A stretch of 64,000 nucleotides of DNA from Deltaproteobacteria bacterium. Lineage in GTDB: Bacteria > Desulfobacterota > Binatia > UBA12015. The notes under the pieces are model-generated. The model did no database searches, was not told the DNA's origin, and saw nothing but the letters and a program-made list of their open reading frames with translations. A program made the position numbers and the translations under genes. Below are positions 57,191 through 64,000 of the stretch, piece by piece. How positions within the stretch are numbered: position 1 is the stretch's first letter; the number at the start of each line of letters is the position of its first letter. The DNA lies in assembly GCA_016874795.1 (NCBI GenBank), contig VGTG01000004.1, positions 11,734 through 75,733 of the forward strand, written 5' to 3'.

Positions 57191-58273
57191 ATGCGCGCAG
57201 CCATCTTTCTCGAGCAAAACCGTCCCTTGTCGGTCGAGGATGTGCAGGCAATCGATCCGGGGCCGCGCGACGTCGTCGTGCGCGTCACGGCGAGTGGGGT
57301 GTGTCACTCCGACGTTCACGTGGTGAGCGGGGCGCTTCCCGTTCCACCGCCCGCGATCCTCGGCCACGAGGGCTGCGGGATCGTCGAGGCGGTCGGCCGA
57401 GAGGTCACGCGCGTGAGCGTCGGCGATCGCGTGATCGGGTCTTTCATCCCGGCATGCGGGAGCTGCTGGTTCTGCCTCCGTGATCAGTCGCATCTGTGCG
57501 CGAACACCTACGGCGTGATGGGAGCGCCTCGGGCATCGCGCAAGGACCGCACCCCGCTCGTGGCCATGGCGGGTCTCGGCACGTTCGCCGACAGGATGAC
57601 CTGCGACGAGATGTCGCTGGTGAAGATCGAGACCGACGTGCCCGACGAGCAGCTCGCTCTCATCGGCTGTGGTGTGACGACCGGCGTCGGCGCTGCTCTG
57701 AACACCGCAAACGTGAGGGCCGGTGACACGGTCGCCGTCATCGGTTGCGGGGGTGTGGGTCAGTCGGTCATCCAGGGCGCTCGGATCGCGGGAGCGGCGC
57801 GCATCATCGCCATCGATCCGGTCGAGATGAAGCGCACCGCCGCGATCTCCCTCGGCGCGACGGACGTGATCGACCCGGGCCAGGGCAATGCGGTCGAGCA
57901 GGTGCAGGCACTCACCGCGGGAATCGGCGTCGACTACGCGTTCGAGGTGATCGGAACTCCTGCCACTGTCGAGCAGGCGTTCGCGATGGCACGGAACGGC
58001 GGCGCGGCCGTGGCGGTCGGCGTTTCGCGCTTCGACCAGAGCATCACCATCCCCAGCTTCCCGCTCGTGCTCTCCGAGAAGCGTCTTCTCGGCTGCATGT
58101 ACGGCTCGGCCCAGGTCCGGCGCGATTTCCCGCGCCTCGTGAGCCTGGTCGAGCAGAAGAAGCTCGACCTCGAGCACATGGTCACGCGCACGATGCCGCT
58201 CGACGACATCAACGAGGCTTTCCGGGCGATGAAGGCCGGAGAGGTGATTCGCTCGGTTCTCGTCCAGCAGTGA
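57191..58273 (+). CDS. Zinc-dependent alcohol dehydrogenase (MDR family)
   Basis: GVCHSDVH, GHEGCGIVEAVG, structural-zinc Cys cluster CGSCWFCLRDQSHLC, cofactor loop GCGGVG. Confidence 0.85.
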   Translation: MRAAIFLEQNRPLSVEDVQAIDPGPRDVVVRVTASGVCHSDVHVVSGALPVPPPAILGHEGCGIVEAVGREVTRVSVGDRVIGSFIPACGSCWFCLRDQSHLCANTYGVMGAPRASRKDRTPLVAMAGLGTFADRMTCDEMSLVKIETDVPDEQLALIGCGVTTGVGAALNTANVRAGDTVAVIGCGGVGQSVIQGARIAGAARIIAIDPVEMKRTAAISLGATDVIDPGQGNAVEQVQALTAGIGVDYAFEVIGTPATVEQAFAMARNGGAAVAVGVSRFDQSITIPSFPLVLSEKRLLGCMYGSAQVRRDFPRLVSLVEQKKLDLEHMVTRTMPLDDINEAFRAMKAGEVIRSVLVQQ

Positions 58274-59336
58274 CCACTACTTCAGTTGTCTCGGTTTGCG
58301 CCGCCGGCCGATCGCGATTCTGCAAAGAGGCCTCGTGGTCCCGAGTTGGCTGCCCACCTTGAGATCGACGGCACTTCGGTAGAGGAGGTGGCGGTCCAGA
58401 TCGTCGGTGCGTCAATGCGCCGACGAGAGCCCTCGCTCGGCGGACGTCCGCAGCGAGCAGCTCGAGCGCAAGCTCGACGCCGCGGCTGCCGCCCGCGCCG
58501 TGACCGTACAGCTAGGCCTGGCCCGCCATGGAAGCGCGAGCTCCCAGCGAGAAGCTTTCACGACGTCGCTTCCGCGGCGGACTCCGCCCTAGCTTAGCTA
58601 TAGCTAGCGGAGGTCTCGATGCGGTCACTGACTGCGTCGGCAACGGGTGCGACCAGGTCGATCGTGGCGGGCGTGCCGTCGAGTTGCCGGCCGCCTTGAG
58701 GGCTCCGAAGAGCGCAAAATTTCATCAGCAATCGTCTGGCGCCTCGAAACGGAATCCTCCCGAGGCCAGAGGGCGTGTCAAGAGATTCGTTTCGGTCGGC
58801 GAGGCTAGTCTGGAATGGCGCCCAATCCTCGGCCGGTGGAATGGAGGATGAGGTGGTTGGGATAGGCCTGTACGAATGGGCTATCGCGCTCTCATGGGGG
58901 TGGGAACCCGGCGCGTCACAGCGGGCCGCAACATGGGGAACGCAGCAGCGAGATCAATCGGAAGTATGTGAAAAAAGTACTGGGCAGCCTGCGCCCGCTG
59001 GCAAGCTTGGAACCGCGGGCGAGGCGGCCGGACTGTGAGCGGCCGGTGTCGAGCCGGTAGGAAGAGGTGGAGACAGGAACGAGCGAGAAGCGAGTTGAGG
59101 CGAACCTCGAGCATTGGAAAGCAGACGGCCAGCCGGGCTGCGGTTCGAATTGGTTGCGAGCGCGTCCACTTTTCAACCATCGGTTTCGACTAAGTTCGTT
59201 TTCTTTCGGGCTGTGACAGTCCGCTGTGACGGTTTTCCTGTCACAGCGATGCTCTCCGCGACGCCCTCGCCGTCCTTTCGGCGACGGAGCCGATGCTGGA
59301 ACATCAACGAGGCCAGCGCTGGCCTTGTTCTCGCGG
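58274..59336. other. About 1-kb non-coding, locally lower-GC region with short palindromes (GCTAGC/TAGC repeats at about 58588-58612; CTGTGAC-n9-GTCACAG at about 59228-59250; GGCCAGCGCTGGCC at about 59305-59318). No credible ORF
   Basis: All six-frame ORFs here are Arg-rich or low-complexity with no family resemblance. Confidence 0.5.
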
Positions 59337-59630
59337 TCATCCAGCCAACGCCAGATTCTCGCGGAGCACTCGCGGATGCCGCGCGGCGATGCGGAGCAAC
59401 GCCACGGCAGGTCCCTCCGGCATGCGACGGCCCTGCTCCCAGTTGCGAAGCGTGTGGACGCTGATCCCGAGTGCCACCGCGAACATCTCCTGAGAGAGAC
59501 CGGTGAAGCGCCGCAGTGCCGAGATGTCCTCGCCGCTCTCGATCTTGCCGCGTGCCAGCCGATCACGGAGCCTGCGAGGGATGGCGCGCTCGAAGTCCTT
59601 TTCCGTCAGCTCTGGGATGTCGTCCTTCAT
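59337..59630 (-). CDS. HTH (XRE-like) antitoxin partner of a BrnT-family toxin
   Basis: 97 aa. LSQEMFAVALGISVHTLRNWEQGRRMPEGPAVALL is an HTH motif. It is located immediately downstream of, and overlaps by 4 nt with, the DUF497 toxin gene. Confidence 0.7.
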   Translation of the reverse strand: MKDDIPELTEKDFERAIPRRLRDRLARGKIESGEDISALRRFTGLSQEMFAVALGISVHTLRNWEQGRRMPEGPAVALLRIAARHPRVLRENLALAG

Positions 59631-59935
59631 CGCTTTCCTCCGATGCGATCATAGAAGAGCGTGCGCTCACGCATGGTCGCCTTGCGAGCGCTGATGATCC
59701 TCACGAGGTCGTCCTCTTCTTCCGTGTACGCGACCACGATCACGCCGCTGCGGATCGGACCGATCGCCAGAAAGCGATCTTCGTCATCGCTGTGCTCGAC
59801 GTCAAAGAGGACGAGGTAGTTCTCGGCACCCTCGAAGAGAGCGCGCGCTTCATCGAAGCTGACCCCATGTTTCTCGCGATTCGAGTGGTCCTTCGCCGGA
59901 TCCCAGGTGACCCGCACTTCGAGATTATAAGCCAA
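59627..59935 (-). CDS. BrnT-family (DUF497) type II toxin
   Basis: VTWDPAKDHSNREKHGVSFDEARALF...LRIISARKAT is the hallmark DUF497 N-terminal motif. Confidence 0.8.
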   Translation of the reverse strand: MAYNLEVRVTWDPAKDHSNREKHGVSFDEARALFEGAENYLVLFDVEHSDDEDRFLAIGPIRSGVIVVAYTEEEDDLVRIISARKATMRERTLFYDRIGGKR

Positions 59936-60360
59936 TGGCTGAGTCAGTCAACGGACGATGACAACATCCGCCGGATCTTCGAGAACGTGGATCGGAGTCG
60001 TGAGAGCACGCCGCGCAACTCGGCGAGACCAGCGAGGGCGAAGAGGGTGGCGTCGCCTCTGCGAGAATCGCGCCAGCACAACGCAGATTCTACGGTTGCT
60101 CGCGGGCACCTGGGCTGAGTTGACCTCGGCCGCAGACGAGAGCAAATCGAGCGGCGTGATCCGACTTCGTCGAACAGCCACCCCTCTGTTTTCGACCGAC
60201 AACGGGCCTGAGGTCTTTCATCAGCAGTTGCGTCCACTTACACGTCGTGCCCACCTGCGGGAGAGGTCGATGGAAGCGAAGTCGTCTTCTCCGTCGAGGC
60301 TGTTGCCGGTAGTCCGCCGACGGTTGGTTCCAGCTCCCAGTCGCGGAGGCACTGGGCGAA

Positions 60361-60647
60361 TGGAACCCGGCGCTGACGATGCAATATACGAAGCGATCCT
60401 CGAAGTCGTCGAGCGGATGGCCGGTGTTATGGAACGGAGCCCGAGAGCATTCAGTGAGATGGACGAGGAGGCCCTCCGAACCCACTTCCTCGTACAGCTC
60501 AATGGGCAGTTCGAGTGGGACGCTACCGGCGAGACCTTCAACTTCACGGGCAAGACCGACATCCTCGTGAACTACGAGGGGCGTCGATTCCCCCCGTCTC
60601 CACTTTTCATCGCCCGATCTTGCTCGGGATTCTCTCGAGCGACCTGA
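60361..60647 (+). CDS. Small hypothetical protein (95 aa), possibly a truncated remnant
   Basis: Normal-composition core (AIYEAILEVVERMAGVMERSPRAFSEMDEEALRTHFLVQLNGQFEWDATGETFNFTGKTDILVNYEG) with a junk-like C-terminus. It is divergent from the TA operon, and no family was recognised. Confidence 0.3.
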
Positions 60648-60727
60648 TGCGCGGACGCGAACTCCTCGGAGGAGGCCCGCGACGCGCAGGCCGTGGCCGC
60701 GATCGGCCCTCTCCGCACGCTGGCAGA

Positions 60728-63340
60728 CTACTTGAGCTTCACGAGCGACAGCTGAAGGCTGAAGGTCTTCGTGCCGCGGGCGTGCGGTGGAACGGAGACG
60801 GTCAGGAAATAGCGTCGCCCGCCGAGCGGCCGGAAGCGCAGCTCGCGCGTGTCGCCGCCGACGGCATCCTCGACGTTGTTGAGCTGGTCGTCCGAGACCC
60901 ATGCGCGCACGTCGTCGCGCAGGCCTTTGACCACTAGGGAGAGAGCGTTCTTGCTGCCGAGACCGTTCGGGCAGCCGTCCGGACAGACGTCGAGCGGGAT
61001 GCGGACCTCCCCGCGCGCCGCGCCTGCGATCTGGATGCCCAAGGTCTTGCGACCGGGCTTGACCCCGGCGGGCGGTAGTCCGGTTCCCTCGACGGACACG
61101 GGAAAGTCGTCGCACTCGTCGCCGATTCCGTCGTCGTCGCTGTCGAGCTGCAGCGGATTCCCGGCCGGCGTGAATGCCGGCTTCGGATGTGCGACGAACG
61201 GACAGAGGTCGCACGCATCGCCGTAGGTGTCGCCGTCGGCGTCGGCCTGGTCCGCGTTCACGACGTTCGGGCAGTTGTCCGCGATCCCTTGGCCGTCGCC
61301 GTCGCCATCGACGTCGCAGGCGTCGCCAAAGCCGTTGCCGTCGCTATCGGGCTGGAGGAAGCCGCCGTAGCGGCCCTCGCCCACGAAGACCTTCGGGTTG
61401 TAGTCGCCGGGGCAGTTGTCGTCCTCGTTCGCAACGCCGTCGCCGTCGACGTCGTCGCACCGGCCGTTGACGCCGCCGGGGTTGTAGCCGAGCGGACACT
61501 CGTCCTCGTCGTCATCGATGCCGTCGCCGTCGTCGTCCCAGTCGCAGGCGTCGCCGAACGGATCGGGGTCGTGGTTCTCCTGACTGGGGTTGGGCGTTTC
61601 GGGACGGTTGTCGACGTTGTCGGGGATGAAGTCCTCGTCGCCGTCGGCGGAGTAGAAGCCCGGACAGCCGGGCGATCCGGGATCGCCGAGCCCGACCATC
61701 GCCCAAGCGCTGCGTACGATACTGGCGTCGGTCGGAAGGAAGCCGTGGACGAAGCTCGCCGACCACTCCTCGGCCTTGGCGACCTCGTAGTCGCGCGCGT
61801 CGGCGAGCGTGCTGCTCTCGGGGAGGTTCGTGATCGCGCTGAACTTGAGCTGTTGCGTCTTCCAGCGACCCATTCCGGAGAACGACCCCTCCGACCCGAC
61901 CGTCATCAGGTAGGCGGCCTTGTTGGGCACGCCGCTGATCGAGTGCACGCCGCCGTAGTCGTAGTCCGAGCTCGTCGCGGCGAGGAACTCGGGGTCCTCG
62001 ATGTGCTGCGGGTCGCCGTAGTCGAGAGGCGCCATCAAACTCCGCGTGGGGCCCGCGCCGCTGGTGCGATCCTCGCCGATGAGCCAGTCCGCGGCCTCGC
62101 CGTGCGCCGCGTGCCATTCCTGGTCGGCGAACTCGCCGAGCACGTCGGCATAGCTCTCGTTCAGACCGCCGGCTTCGCCAGCGTAGTAGTGTCCGGAGCC
62201 GGGCCCGGCGTTCCAATGGTTCACGCCGTGCGTCATCTCGTGGGCGATCACATCGCGTCCGACCCAGCCGGTCGCCAGCGCGATGTTATTGCACCTCGGG
62301 TGCCAATGGGCGTTGGACACCCCGGCGTGGACGAAGACCTCGAGCCGCGCGCTCTCTCCGGTCGCGAAGAGCTTGTCGTTCCACGAGTGCCAGTCGAAGT
62401 TGCCGTGAAAGAAGCCGTAGGCGGTCCTGGCATGCTGCTGCGCCTGTACCGCGTCGGGGTCGCCGGAGTAGGCCCCTTCGAACCACCACTCGTCCGCCAC
62501 GGGTTCGCTGAAGGCCCGCAGGAGGCACTGGTCGTCGTCGTCCGCGCCGCCGTCGGCGTCGCCCAGCTCGAGGTTGAAGCCACTGAAGGCCCCGTTCTCG
62601 CCCGTATGCTGGTAGACAAGGGGGCTCTCGTAAAGCAGGGCACCGTCGTGCGCGTCGATCAGGGCGTGGATCGGAATGCCGCCGCCCAGGATCACCTGCC
62701 ACGCGAGATGGGGCGCGGACGGCACGTCCGCGACCAGGGTTCGATCGAAGATCATCAACTTGGGCTCGACCAACGCCGGCGCGCCCGGGCGAGAGAGCTC
62801 CGCGCGCGCCCGCTCCTCGGCCTGATTCTCGGAAAGATAGGGTTTCGTGGTCAGGCGAACGTCGCCGGCGAGAAGACCGCCGATCGTGGCGCGCACCTGT
62901 CTGCCGCGCATCACGACCAGGAGCTCGCCGCCGAAGACCTCGATTCCCCTGAACGTCTGATAGAAGAGCACGTTCTGGTCGGCGCCCGTCTTGGCCCGGC
63001 GGACGAGGAGGGCGAGATCGGAGCTCGATTGACGATAGAGGTCGGCGTACTTCTCGAGGAAGTTTCGCGCCCGATCGACCGGCGTCGCGCCCGACGCGGT
63101 CGTCCGCGTGTGCACGCCGCGCGGAAAGCCGTGCGCGAAGCGGACCTCGATCGGCGTCTGGGACGCCGCTTGGAGATCGTGCAGCGCCGTCACCTGCGGG
63201 CTGGCCGGGGTGCCCGGGGCGGGCTGAGCGGCGAGCGCCGCTCCGTCGCTCCAGGGCATCGCGAGCATCGCCAGGAGCCCGATGACGCCGCGCCTGCGAC
63301 TCTGGGAGCGATGGGAACGAGGGATTCTCCACGAGGTCAT
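60728..63340 (-). CDS. Secreted M4 (thermolysin-like) zinc metalloprotease with an FTP/PepSY propeptide and C-terminal thrombospondin type-3 (TSP3) calcium-binding repeats
   Basis: Signal peptide (RRRGVIGLLAMLAMPWSDGAALAA), HEXXH (VIAHEMTHGV), M4 third-ligand motif (GGLNESYADVLGEF), then about 7 Asp-rich repeats of the DxDxDGxxDxxDNCP type. The start was chosen at MTSWRIP, which gives a signal peptide. Confidence 0.85.
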   Translation of the reverse strand: MTSWRIPRSHRSQSRRRGVIGLLAMLAMPWSDGAALAAQPAPGTPASPQVTALHDLQAASQTPIEVRFAHGFPRGVHTRTTASGATPVDRARNFLEKYADLYRQSSSDLALLVRRAKTGADQNVLFYQTFRGIEVFGGELLVVMRGRQVRATIGGLLAGDVRLTTKPYLSENQAEERARAELSRPGAPALVEPKLMIFDRTLVADVPSAPHLAWQVILGGGIPIHALIDAHDGALLYESPLVYQHTGENGAFSGFNLELGDADGGADDDDQCLLRAFSEPVADEWWFEGAYSGDPDAVQAQQHARTAYGFFHGNFDWHSWNDKLFATGESARLEVFVHAGVSNAHWHPRCNNIALATGWVGRDVIAHEMTHGVNHWNAGPGSGHYYAGEAGGLNESYADVLGEFADQEWHAAHGEAADWLIGEDRTSGAGPTRSLMAPLDYGDPQHIEDPEFLAATSSDYDYGGVHSISGVPNKAAYLMTVGSEGSFSGMGRWKTQQLKFSAITNLPESSTLADARDYEVAKAEEWSASFVHGFLPTDASIVRSAWAMVGLGDPGSPGCPGFYSADGDEDFIPDNVDNRPETPNPSQENHDPDPFGDACDWDDDGDGIDDDEDECPLGYNPGGVNGRCDDVDGDGVANEDDNCPGDYNPKVFVGEGRYGGFLQPDSDGNGFGDACDVDGDGDGQGIADNCPNVVNADQADADGDTYGDACDLCPFVAHPKPAFTPAGNPLQLDSDDDGIGDECDDFPVSVEGTGLPPAGVKPGRKTLGIQIAGAARGEVRIPLDVCPDGCPNGLGSKNALSLVVKGLRDDVRAWVSDDQLNNVEDAVGGDTRELRFRPLGGRRYFLTVSVPPHARGTKTFSLQLSLVKLK

Positions 63341-63713
63341 GGTTTGGGTCTCCTTTGACCTCGCGGCGTGCGATCGCGGCGCACAATGTTCGCTGAACGA
63401 TGCCCAACCGCGGATTCGGGCCGCGCCACCTCCTTCCCCCGGCCTCCACTTTCCTTTGCCTGACCCCGCTGACCGCATCTCCCAGTGCGGTCAACGGGTT
63501 GTCTCCGACGTAGAGGGACCCCGAGTCGAAACCGCTATCATCCTCCTTTCGGTTGGCTCGACGGTTCGGCCTTCACGGGCAAGCCGGCTCCCATCCCGAT
63601 CGAAGACGCGGCGGGGCCTCGGTCCTCGAACCACGCGTGCTCGGAGCCGCCCGGAGTCATCGCCTCGCGAATCGTTGCGTGGAGTTGGCGATCGGGGCGA
63701 TATTCCCGGGCAT

Positions 63714-64000
63714 GCGCATCTCGATGAAAAGTGAGAGTCAGGCCTCGGGGCCGTTGGCCGGTGTACGGGTCTTGGACATCTCGACGGTCGTCTCGGGACC
63801 GCTGTGCGGGCAAGCCCTGGGTGACCTCGGGGCCGATGTCGTCAAGATCGAGGCCTTTGGCGGTGACACGACGCGACGAATGGGCCTCCCCGACGCGTGC
63901 GGCTTCACCGGTTGGTACCTCCAGTTCAATCGAAACAAGCGAGGACTCGCCGTCAACTTGAAGACCGAGAGCGGGGTAAACGTCCTGAAGCGGCTCGCGC
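63714..64000 (+). CDS. Family III CoA-transferase, N-terminal part (runs off the window)
   Basis: LAGVRVLDISTVVSGPLCGQALGDLGADVVKIEAFGGD is a CaiB/BaiF N-terminal signature. Confidence 0.75.

Noticed and set aside
59130-59185. tRNA-like GGTTCGAAT motif that might be a duplicated tmRNA or tRNA 3' end (an attR)
   Set aside because: The flanking sequence cannot form a T-stem (CTGCGG versus TGGTTG). Similarity to the ssrA 3' end is limited to GTTCGA and a terminal CCA. This is too weak to call an att site.
1-64000. CRISPR arrays, rRNA or tRNA genes
   Set aside because: No regularly spaced short direct repeats with unique spacers and no tRNA cloverleaf candidates were seen. The only structured RNA identified is tmRNA.

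Overview
This is a high-GC (about 68%) bacterial chromosomal segment with high coding density. Most of the long six-frame ORFs are antisense or alternate-frame artefacts of the GC bias, so genes were called by recognisable protein families and start-codon context.

Layout:
- Bases 1-13.8 kb are housekeeping: etfB 5' end, an IclR regulator, dienelactone hydrolase, N-formylglutamate amidohydrolase, a PKD lipoprotein, a formyltransferase, a panB-panC fusion plus panD, a sulfotransferase, smpB, and a phoR-like kinase with a phoU-like gene and a PiT phosphate transporter.
- tmRNA (ssrA) lies at 13878-14233. Immediately downstream (14.1-16.6 kb) is a scar of gene fragments: an N-truncated large serine recombinase, an N-truncated IS256-family transposase, and the N-terminal stubs of a cytochrome P450 and an amidohydrolase.
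- From about 16.6 to 58.3 kb there is a roughly 42-kb catabolic supercluster: six acyl-CoA dehydrogenases (one overlapping pair), four family-III CoA-transferase genes (one a tandem fusion) plus a fifth at the window edge, four enoyl-CoA hydratases plus one internally deleted remnant, two SCP-x-type thiolase/DUF35 pairs, three P450s, two amidohydrolases, two acyl-CoA synthetases, a Rieske oxygenase, two luciferase-like oxidoreductases, SDRs, an alcohol dehydrogenase, four TetR regulators and a fused E1 alpha-beta 2-oxoacid dehydrogenase.
- After about 1 kb of non-coding DNA come a BrnT-like toxin with an HTH antitoxin, a small hypothetical gene, and a secreted M4 metalloprotease with thrombospondin type-3 repeats.

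The most notable items are the catabolic supercluster with steroid-side-chain-like hallmarks, the ssrA-adjacent deletion scar, the panB-panC fusion, a tandem repeat array carrying TTCGCGAA palindromes, and several in situ pseudogenisation scars (E2 acyltransferase, enoyl-CoA hydratase).
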